Assembly: GCA_036517115.1 (NCBI GenBank)
Contig: DATDYB010000005.1
Coordinates: 18,970 to 82,969, forward strand
DNA: 64,000 nucleotides
Source of the DNA: Minisyncoccota bacterium
Lineage (GTDB): Bacteria > Patescibacteriota > Minisyncoccia > Phycocordibacterales > PALSA-1337
Direction of reading: 5' to 3'
Position numbers and translations under genes: made by a program. The notes beneath the pieces were generated by a model that saw only the letters and a program-made list of their open reading frames with translations, was not told where the DNA came from and did not search any database. This document shows positions 56,950 through 64,000 of the stretch, piece after piece (the first letter of the stretch is position 1; every line of letters begins with the position of its first letter).

Positions 56950-57358
56950 TCTCGTTGTAGTAGGAAAACAAGAGGCTCTTTTTACTGAAGCAGTGCTTGA
57001 ATTTACGAAGCGTATTAAACGGTACAGCGATTTTGAAGTAGTAGAAACGACTGACGAGAAACTCGGTGAGGTCATACAAAAATACGAACGGATGTTTCTG
57101 CTCGATGAAAAAGGTAAAGAATTTTCAACGATGGAGTTCTCCGACCTCCTACAGAAACAGTTAAACATAGGTGGTAAAAACATGTGCTTCGTCATCGGCG
57201 GAGCGTATGGTTTTAGTGCCGAAGTAAAAGAACAAGCCAACGCCACAATCTCTCTTTCCAAACTGACCTTCCCTCACCAGCTCGTCCGCGTCATTTTCCT
57301 CGAACAGCTCTATCGAGCATTCACTATTTTAAATAACGAGAAGTATCACCATCAATAG
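56939..57358 (+). CDS. rlmH: 23S rRNA (pseudouridine1915-N3)-methyltransferase
   Basis: VVGK, LDEKGK, FVIGGAYG, SLSKLTFPHQLVRVIFLEQLYRA and YHH. ATG at 56939. Confidence 0.95.
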   Translation: MKINLVVVGKQEALFTEAVLEFTKRIKRYSDFEVVETTDEKLGEVIQKYERMFLLDEKGKEFSTMEFSDLLQKQLNIGGKNMCFVIGGAYGFSAEVKEQANATISLSKLTFPHQLVRVIFLEQLYRAFTILNNEKYHHQ

Positions 57359-57443
57359 AGATTAGTATATCAATGGTTAGAAATTGGATACCGAAGAATA
57401 AAAAACTCGCGACGGATGGGCCCGCGCGAATCATACACATGTG

Positions 57444-57821
57444 CTATTTTAGTAACGCGGTCTCTAAAGAAACCTGCTGCCAATCACCCGAATTGATCCC
57501 TGAGGTGACAGTCCATCCCTGTGTTTCAAATCTTTGTGTAACCAAAAGAACCGCCTTCTTTTCGTTCGAAAGACACCGTTTCTTGTCCCTCTCGGCATAG
57601 TAATCGTACGGAACCTTCGACTCGAATTCACATACGATCTTGTCATCAGACATCTCAAGCTCGCAAGCACGAAGTTTTTTATCAAGCGAATTCTCAATAT
57701 CCCAAGCTCTTTGAGCTATAAGAAATTCATCCTGCGCTTGTTCCACCTCTTTTTTCCTCTCTGCTTCAGTGGACAGCTTGGCGGTTAGTGCTTCTAAGAT
57801 TGTTTTTGCTGGCATAGCCAT
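57444..57821 (-). CDS. Hypothetical protein
   Basis: 125 aa, AAAGGA upstream, charged helical N-terminus. Confidence 0.55.
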   Translation of the reverse strand: MAMPAKTILEALTAKLSTEAERKKEVEQAQDEFLIAQRAWDIENSLDKKLRACELEMSDDKIVCEFESKVPYDYYAERDKKRCLSNEKKAVLLVTQRFETQGWTVTSGINSGDWQQVSLETALLK

Positions 57822-57953
57822 ACTTTTTATCCTTTCATCTAAGCATGAATATAATACGAATATTTATAATGTCAACTCCTATATTTCACACCCATTTTCC
57901 GTTAAACTGAGTAAGTATTTTTACTTTATGGACTTTTCGACTTTATAGACTTT

Positions 57954-59369
57954 ATGACTTCTCCCAAACATATTCACATAGTAGGTATTTGCGGTGTGGG
58001 TACCGGGGCGCTTGCTGTAGCGCTTAAAAACGCCGGTTACAAGGTCACCGGCAGCGACAAAGGATTTTTCCCTCCCGTTTCAACCGCCCTCGAACAAGTG
58101 GGTGTAGAATTTTACGCTGGCTGGCATCCGGAAAAAATGGGCAAACCCGATTTTGTTGTGGCCGGAGGATCAGGCACTTCCCTATCCAATCCAGAAGTTG
58201 TGCGTGCAAAAGAATTGGGTATCCCCATTCAATCATTTGCGCAAGCGGTTGGAGAATTTATCGTCAAAGAAGGAAATTCGATCGTGGTCGCAGGAACGTG
58301 GGGAAAGAGTAGTTCTACAGCAATACTTTCGTATATTCTAGAGCAGGTGGGGTTAAACCCAGGCTATTTCTTTGGAGGACTCGCCACCTCCCTTCAAAGT
58401 GGGAAAATCGGTTCAGGAAATATCAGTGTGGTTGAAGGAGACGAATACCAAGCAGCTATTTATGATAAAAAACCAAAGTTTGCATATTACAAACCTACTC
58501 ACCTGCTGTTGACCGCCGTCTCGTGGGATCATGCAGATCTGTACCCAACCGAAGATGCATACTTCAATACTTTTAAAAAATTAGTTAACTCCATTCCTCG
58601 CGACGGAAAAATTATAGCGAGCACCGATGATGATGGGGTAAAAAGCATCCTCGGTCTTGCGGGAGATGAACACTACGATAAACGTATTGCTTATGGAAAA
58701 GAGGAGTGTTCTTTCCCCTTCTATAGATATCAGAATGTGCAGCAAAGCAAAGACGGGATCACGTTCGAGATCGTCGATCTTGAAGTCAAGACGCATACTA
58801 TCCATTCACCCATGCTTGGTGAATTTCAGGCGGAAAATATCACCGGTTGCTTTGCCATGGCACGAGAGATCGGTATTGAGCCGAGGGCGATCATCAAAGC
58901 TATCGCCGAATTCAAGGGCATGAAACGCAGACTGGAAAAACGGCACGAAGGAGACATCACCGTCATCGACGACATCGCCCATTCGCCGGAAAAAGCCGCT
59001 TCTGTACTAGCTACGCTCCGAAACATCTACCAAGGAAAAATTTTCGTCGTCTTCGAGCCGAATATCGGCGGACGGCAAAAAGAAGCCGTATCGAAATATG
59101 ACAACGCATTCAAAAACGCCAATGAGATAATCATTCCACGACTTACAAAACTTAAAGTTTCAGACGATGAGGACAAGCGACCACTCGAAGGCGACGAACT
59201 TACGAAAGTAATATCAAAAACCCATCCGAACACCTACTACATCGACAACGATGACACCCTCATTCACCACATCACAGCTCACGCAAAGAAAGGTGACGTC
59301 ATCGCCTTCCTAGGATCACATGGATTTAGGGGGATGATTGAAGAAACGATTAAGACATTAAATCGTTAG
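57954..59369 (+). CDS. mpl: Mur ligase, Mpl/MurC-like (UDP-MurNAc:peptide ligase)
   Basis: HIHIVGICGVG, GSD, VAGTWGKSS, EGDEY, DHADLY, KRRLE, DDIAHSP and VFEP. GICG/DHAD/FEP favour Mpl over MurC. Confidence 0.8.
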   Translation: MTSPKHIHIVGICGVGTGALAVALKNAGYKVTGSDKGFFPPVSTALEQVGVEFYAGWHPEKMGKPDFVVAGGSGTSLSNPEVVRAKELGIPIQSFAQAVGEFIVKEGNSIVVAGTWGKSSSTAILSYILEQVGLNPGYFFGGLATSLQSGKIGSGNISVVEGDEYQAAIYDKKPKFAYYKPTHLLLTAVSWDHADLYPTEDAYFNTFKKLVNSIPRDGKIIASTDDDGVKSILGLAGDEHYDKRIAYGKEECSFPFYRYQNVQQSKDGITFEIVDLEVKTHTIHSPMLGEFQAENITGCFAMAREIGIEPRAIIKAIAEFKGMKRRLEKRHEGDITVIDDIAHSPEKAASVLATLRNIYQGKIFVVFEPNIGGRQKEAVSKYDNAFKNANEIIIPRLTKLKVSDDEDKRPLEGDELTKVISKTHPNTYYIDNDDTLIHHITAHAKKGDVIAFLGSHGFRGMIEETIKTLNR

Positions 59370-59382
59370 ACGTGATATAACT

Positions 59383-59445
59383 GGATCCCCGCATCCGCGA
59401 GGATGACAGAAAATATAGTCGGCTTCGCCTCTTTATTTTCTGTCA
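59383..59445. repeat. REP-like palindrome plus 12-bp IR between convergent genes
   Basis: GGATCCCCGCATCCGCGAGGATGAC, then TGACAGAAAATA (59404-59415) and TATTTTCTGTCA (59434-59445). Confidence 0.6.
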
Positions 59446-59607
59446 CTTCCCTTCATCAACAATCTCGGCCTCAATCTTTTCGTTCGAAATTTCTTTGATC
59501 AAAAGTGAGATACCACAAGTGTCACATTCAACGACTTGGTCTTTTGCCAGGTTGGGATACTGTTCAAGACTGACGTCGTTTTTACATTCAGGACAAATTA
59601 ATTGCAT
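59443..59607 (-). CDS. LysW-like zinc-ribbon small protein (54 aa), absent from the ORF track
   Basis: Manual translation: MQLICPECKNDVSLEQYPNLAKDQVVECDTCGISLLIKEISNEKIEAEIVDEGK*. CPEC...CDTC with an acidic tail. Confidence 0.8.
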   Translation of the reverse strand: MQLICPECKNDVSLEQYPNLAKDQVVECDTCGISLLIKEISNEKIEAEIVDEGK

Positions 59608-59744
59608 GGGTGTTAGCTTCTAGCTGTAAGCTGTTAGACTGATAAATCTACAGTCATCATTCTAATGCAATGACTTCAATAAAACAAATATTTGGGAACT
59701 AAAAGCTAGTAGCTAAAAGCTAACAGCTTCGCTACAATACAACT

Positions 59745-60626
59745 ATGACTCCACAAGAAGAACGACCTAAACTTACTCTCGCTTTAAGCGCCACGAATCT
59801 CGGTATTGTGTATTTCAAACGTGAAGATCTACACCCCTACAAGTCGCACAAAGGGCGGTCAATCCCCTTTATGATCGACTGGTACAAGGATAAGGGTTCA
59901 AAGGATTTTGTCATCTCTTCCTCAGGCAATGCGGCGCTTGCAGCACTCCTCTATATTCAAGAATGGAACAGCAAGAACACCGACGACGCTCTTTCCCTGA
60001 CCATTTTCGTAGGAGAAAAAATCGCCCAAGCAAAATTCGATCTTTTGAAAAGCACTGCTAAAGACTCTCATGTCTCTGTCACACAAACCACCAGACCCCA
60101 GCAGAGCGCCTTTGAAGCAAGTAAACGGGGGAAAACACTCCTACGTCAGTCAACAGACGAAGTGGCGCTTCTAGGATACGCTACTCTCGCGGAAGAGCTC
60201 GGGCGAATTCAAAATCTCGAGGCGATATTCATAGCTACTTCATCCGGCACCACCGCAGAGGCCCTACATGATTTTTTTAAAAAAGGAGGGGTGTTCCCTC
60301 AGATTCATATTGTGCAAACTACCGGATGTAACCCAATCGCTCGTGAATTCGAACCCTCCCCTCTACAGGAAATTTCTTTTGCCGACGCTATTGTCGACCG
60401 CACCGCCCTTCGAAAAGAAAAGGTGATTAACGCCGTTTCAGCATCAAAAGGTTTTGGCTGGATAGTCTCCAATCAGGAAATCGCGGACGCGGTCAACCTC
60501 GTAGAGCAACATGAGGGGTTAAAAATTTCTCCGAACGGCGCTCTTTCGGTAGCAGGACTTACAAAAGCCCTCTCAAAAAACTGGCAGTGGAAGGGAGCGG
60601 TGGTCTGCGTCATCACTGGAAGGTGA
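59745..60626 (+). CDS. PLP-dependent fold-type II enzyme (threonine synthase/cysteine synthase-like)
   Basis: KREDLHPYKSHKGR (PLP Lys), SSSGNAA, TSSGTT and VVCVITG. Confidence 0.85.
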   Translation: MTPQEERPKLTLALSATNLGIVYFKREDLHPYKSHKGRSIPFMIDWYKDKGSKDFVISSSGNAALAALLYIQEWNSKNTDDALSLTIFVGEKIAQAKFDLLKSTAKDSHVSVTQTTRPQQSAFEASKRGKTLLRQSTDEVALLGYATLAEELGRIQNLEAIFIATSSGTTAEALHDFFKKGGVFPQIHIVQTTGCNPIAREFEPSPLQEISFADAIVDRTALRKEKVINAVSASKGFGWIVSNQEIADAVNLVEQHEGLKISPNGALSVAGLTKALSKNWQWKGAVVCVITGR

Positions 60627-61934
60627 TCACTTCATTAGTGCATCAAACGCCTCAATGCGGCTCGTCACGTCCCGTGACTGTTCTTCGGGGCCGAATGACG
60701 GACTAAAGAGGATCACATCTCCTGCGCGCGAACTATCAAAAGCTTTCTTGACCGCATCAGCAAGACCCTCACTGTGCACATGGGTAACACCCTTGCAGTC
60801 AAGCAGATTTTTATGAATCTTAATAGTCCCTGTGCCCGGCACCGCGATAACGGTAGTCGCGTATTGGTTGAGATGTGCCAAGAGAGGTGCCATGTCTTCC
60901 CCTACATCCTTGCCACCCATTATCAGAACGGTGTTTTTATTAACGGAAACCGTACGGAGCGCTCCTAGCGTAGAGTGGGGGGTGACTGACGCCCCATCGT
61001 TATATATTTTCCTTTCTTTTACCATTCCTTTGTATTCCAAACGTCCAGAAAGAGCCCTACAATTCTTAAGTGCCTCTTCAATGATGTCTTCACTGATTTT
61101 AAAAATATGGGCTGTCTCCACAGCACAAGCAACGTCGTCTTTCATCAACTCCCCCTCAAAAAGCGCGGACCACGACAGAGGTAGCATTTGCCGCGACGCT
61201 TTCATGGGGCGACTTCGGATCTTTGTGTCGAGCGCCCGTATCACCTCTTCGGGTGCCACAAAATAGTTGTTGGACGATTGGAATGCATACAGCGCATGAG
61301 TTTCGTCAGCTCCCAACGCTGGACACACCGACACATAAGGACTCATTTTCATGGAAGCAAAATCACGGAGTTGTGTAAACGAAAGTTCGATGATGACAAT
61401 ATCGCCTGAAGCAATGTTCTCAAGCAAGGAAATGAGGCCGGTGTTTTCATAATTCGTTACACAGAAAATATTTTTACGAAGGATGGTTTTTCCTCTTTCG
61501 AGTATATCCCGAATCAGTAACGCTGTGGTTGTTTTGCCTGCACCTCCACCTACCCCAATGACAATAACCGGAGGGGAGAGTTTAGTGAATAATAACTCAG
61601 GTGTTTCTACCTGCACGTTATTGTGTTCGATGGCCTTTACAAGAATGTTGGGGAACGTTACATCCCGCGGCTTTATAATAAGATTCGCGCTGGTGAATAG
61701 TTCAAGATCATAGTTCCCGAAGGAATAATTAAGCCTACCCACCTTCTCTTCCTCCGTCATGAGCTCAAGTGCTGCGATAGCTTTTTCTAAATCAGCCTTT
61801 TTGCCGACATCCGCTATGGTGACGTCAGCTCCGCATGCAACTAAAAACTTTATATCCCCAACTAAGGAGGTGTGGGAACGAAGACCAGTAACCACGACTC
61901 TTTTGCCACTAAAATATTCCCGAGCATTATTCAT
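60627..61934 (-). CDS. Divergent MurD-like ligase
   Basis: GGAGKTTT, IELS, GRLE, YNDG, LIMGGKD and GDVILFSPS. The DHLD-type motif is not recognisable. Confidence 0.75.
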   Translation of the reverse strand: MNNAREYFSGKRVVVTGLRSHTSLVGDIKFLVACGADVTIADVGKKADLEKAIAALELMTEEEKVGRLNYSFGNYDLELFTSANLIIKPRDVTFPNILVKAIEHNNVQVETPELLFTKLSPPVIVIGVGGGAGKTTTALLIRDILERGKTILRKNIFCVTNYENTGLISLLENIASGDIVIIELSFTQLRDFASMKMSPYVSVCPALGADETHALYAFQSSNNYFVAPEEVIRALDTKIRSRPMKASRQMLPLSWSALFEGELMKDDVACAVETAHIFKISEDIIEEALKNCRALSGRLEYKGMVKERKIYNDGASVTPHSTLGALRTVSVNKNTVLIMGGKDVGEDMAPLLAHLNQYATTVIAVPGTGTIKIHKNLLDCKGVTHVHSEGLADAVKKAFDSSRAGDVILFSPSFGPEEQSRDVTSRIEAFDALMK

Positions 61935-61957
61935 ACGAGGTCAATCATAACACACTC

Positions 61958-62054
61958 ACCATTCATCAAAAAAGAGACCGGATAATTTTTCTGGTGAAAA
62001 ATTTCCTAGGACTCCGGCTCGCCAGCCTGCGTAGTCTCTTTTTTGATGAATGGT
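61958..62054. repeat. Structured palindromic element, family B, copy 2
   Basis: 21-bp perfect IR ACCATTCATCAAAAAAGAGAC / GTCTCTTTTTTGATGAATGGT around the same core as 40273-40311. Confidence 0.85.
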
Positions 62055-62140
62055 TCGCTCTTGTAGACTCTACGTCGCTTCAGAAAGCGACGTCCTCAAT
62101 TTTACAACTACTCGCAAAGCTCGCAGGTAAAATTGGGAAA

Positions 62141-62172
62141 TAAAAAAACAGACTCGAATTGCTTCGAGCCTG
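62141..62172 (-). terminator. Intrinsic terminator
   Basis: Minus strand CAGGCTCGAA-GCAA-TTCGAGTCTG then T7, just after the stop at 62184. Confidence 0.75.
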
Positions 62173-62183
62173 ATGTGAACTGC

Positions 62184-63572
62184 TTATTTACCGGCGAACG
62201 CTTTGTCCACCATTTTCTCTAACATCGCGATGTTAGATGTGTTACCCGCTTTTACGTAACTTTGATTATGGGGGATTCTATCCCCGTACTCACACCGCCA
62301 ATTTGCAGTAAGTACTTTGTTAAGTGAGCACCGGACGATGTCACATAACTCTTCCTTAGTTAGCAGAGAGCGTGCCACATTCGGCGTCGTGGTGCTCCCG
62401 TTCAAGAGCATATCCTCGTGGCGATACCACATCTCCAGGCTTGGAACGCTGCCCTGCACACATAATTTCTCAAATGGCGGGAGGTTCGCAAGAGGAATGC
62501 GACGTTTGATCGCCTCCGCTGTCCGCACCATACTGACGAGCGTGTCGATAGAGAGACGTCTCTCCCTGACGAGCTTGTCGTTACGGTTCAAGGATATCAT
62601 GGTGTTTCCCGCACTATTCCTTTGGATCACTACCCCCACGTATCCACCACTCCCTGAACGGGCGGCACTGCTGACCTGCTGGCTGTCTGACTCTATATAT
62701 AGCATAGTCAAGCCTCCCGAGTGGTTGTTGATCTGAACATCTCGAAAGACGCCTTTTGTATTTATCTCATCAACAGTTTCCCAATGTTTAACATTCTTGT
62801 TGTACATGTCGATCAATACAAAGGCCACCCAATTGTCGACCCCAGCAAATCCTGATTTTATCAAGACCTTCCGTAAGTGCGCTAGCTCGGTCAAATACAT
62901 GTCTGAGCGTGACTCAGAATCTTTGACCATTTCCTTTGTCGCGAGATACGCCTTTCCTTTATGAGACTCTGCCGGCGCCTTGTCCCACCCTTGGGACACC
63001 GCCAATCGCTCGTAAATGTCCGAGAGGCCTGTTGGGTCAACCGTTGTAGCGATTTGTTCCGCCCCTGTTTCCCAGAGCGCGTCATACGCAGTCGTGGCCC
63101 ATTCTATCACCATGTACATTTTTTTGTACTCCCCCTCTTTATCAGGGTTCTGGCTGTACCGCACTTTGATCAGTGTGGGGAGTTGTGTAGGCCACACCTT
63201 ATCAGACTGATCACAGTGATACACTTCCTCCAGTAAGGGTTTAAGCATAGGATCCGTATCGAGTCCCAACACCTTTGCCGTTAGAGTGAAGGAGCAATCT
63301 CTTGGTTTAACTCGCACCCCATCTATCATGGTGTGTTCGTCGAGGTCGCCCGCACCCACCCCCACAGCAAGCATTCCTGTCTTAAGGAGTGCCTCTGCCG
63401 TGAGACCGCGGGGTAGCTTCCCGTCGTTGATGAAATACACCGGTGCTTTTTCGACACCAGGATATACGTCACCCCCTTTTTTTCGGAGCGCTAGAAACGA
63501 AATGATTTCGTCCCCGTGAGGCTTCAAATGTGTCACCAACTGCTTAACTGAATGTTGAGCTCTAGTTGTCAT
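62184..63572 (-). CDS. Hypothetical protein with MYG1/DHH-like N-terminal motifs
   Basis: VTHLKPHGDE and VGVGAGDLDEH resemble MYG1-type TH..H.DE and D.GG..DHH. AGAAAGGA before the ATG at 63572. Confidence 0.5.
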   Translation of the reverse strand: MTTRAQHSVKQLVTHLKPHGDEIISFLALRKKGGDVYPGVEKAPVYFINDGKLPRGLTAEALLKTGMLAVGVGAGDLDEHTMIDGVRVKPRDCSFTLTAKVLGLDTDPMLKPLLEEVYHCDQSDKVWPTQLPTLIKVRYSQNPDKEGEYKKMYMVIEWATTAYDALWETGAEQIATTVDPTGLSDIYERLAVSQGWDKAPAESHKGKAYLATKEMVKDSESRSDMYLTELAHLRKVLIKSGFAGVDNWVAFVLIDMYNKNVKHWETVDEINTKGVFRDVQINNHSGGLTMLYIESDSQQVSSAARSGSGGYVGVVIQRNSAGNTMISLNRNDKLVRERRLSIDTLVSMVRTAEAIKRRIPLANLPPFEKLCVQGSVPSLEMWYRHEDMLLNGSTTTPNVARSLLTKEELCDIVRCSLNKVLTANWRCEYGDRIPHNQSYVKAGNTSNIAMLEKMVDKAFAGK

Positions 63573-63681
63573 TACTATCCTTTCTTTTCTGTTGTTAAGG
63601 TACTTTGATCCTTGGCGCTGGGCCTTGGAATACCTTGGTTTTCTGATGTAAATTATAGCATAAACAGACCAATAAGTCAAC

Positions 63682-63724
63682 AAAAAGAAGACCCTGGAAA
63701 GAAGCCTCTTTCCAGGGTCTTCTT
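63682..63724 (-). terminator. Intrinsic terminator after pyk
   Basis: 18-bp perfect IR (63685-63702/63707-63724) with a T-run on the minus strand. Confidence 0.8.
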
Positions 63725-63739
63725 CGACCGGCTGAATTA

Positions 63740-64000
63740 CTAGATGGTCTCCACAAGCACCATGTTGGTGTCCCCACCCTCACCTAACGGCATTGCTGCC
63801 GCAAGGACAAAACGATCACCTTTATTCGCAATCTTATGCTTCTGCAAATATTTCTTTATCTCAGGCAACGCTTCACGCACCCCAATAAATTTTTCGGTCT
63901 TAACTGCTGTACAGCCAAATGTCAGGAGCATCTGTCGACATGTTTTTTCATACGGCGTAAACACATAGACATCCTGTGTTGGTTTGTACCTAGCGATCAT
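63740..64000 (-). CDS. pyk: Pyruvate kinase, C-terminal part (5' end outside the window)
   Basis: IARYKP..VYVFT...RQMLLTFG...GDRFVL..MP....DTN matches the PK C-terminal alpha/beta domain. Confidence 0.8.
   Translation of the reverse strand: MIARYKPTQDVYVFTPYEKTCRQMLLTFGCTAVKTEKFIGVREALPEIKKYLQKHKIANKGDRFVLAAAMPLGEGGDTNMVLVETI

Noticed and set aside
57340-57830. Island integrated at the rlmH 3' end (SCCmec-style)
   Set aside because: No recombinase and no duplicated rlmH end seen. Only one small ORF follows.
59745-60626. Calling the PLP enzyme thrC and the small protein lysW of lysine biosynthesis
   Set aside because: No other Thr/Lys pathway genes nearby, the carrier lacks the EDWGE terminus, and motifs support only a fold-level assignment.
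1-64000. The many short antisense or overlapping ORFs in the track; tRNA/rRNA genes; alternative genetic code
   Set aside because: The short ORFs lie opposite well-supported genes and lack motifs. No cloverleaf or rRNA-like sequence was recognised by eye (a tRNAscan/Infernal run would be decisive). TGA terminates several conserved genes at expected positions, consistent with code 11.

Overview
Bacterial chromosomal segment using genetic code 11. Gene content suggests Patescibacteria/CPR (Parcubacteria-like); this is inferred, not proven. Bases 1-46,076 are a large surface-glycan locus, mostly on the minus strand. It covers nonulosonic-acid synthesis (with an unusual FAD-oxidoreductase/NeuB fusion), rmlA/rmlB, gmd plus a perosamine synthase-like aminotransferase, a split transketolase, an AsnB-type amidotransferase, many GT4/GT2 enzymes, GtrA, four polytopic GT-C-like proteins and several methyltransferases. 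Embedded in it (23,094-25,659) is a complete diversity-generating retroelement: RT, an Avd gene on the opposite strand, a 128-nt template repeat (TR), and a target gene whose variable repeat (VR) differs from TR at 16 positions, all TR adenines. The right third has a TraD/VirD4-like ATPase, rsmI, rlmH and the end of pyk. It also has an unusual cell-wall/peptide-ligation cluster: ATP-grasp, NlpC/P60, MraY, Ate/Bpt-like transferase, Mpl-like ligase, a 54-aa LysW-like protein missing from the ORF track, a PLP enzyme and a degenerate MurD. Intergenic DNA carries several palindromic families with covarying stems, including a 228-bp MITE with an 8-bp target-site duplication. No rRNA, tRNA or CRISPR array was seen. 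All alignments and counts were done by eye, and family assignments come from motif recognition, not database searches.
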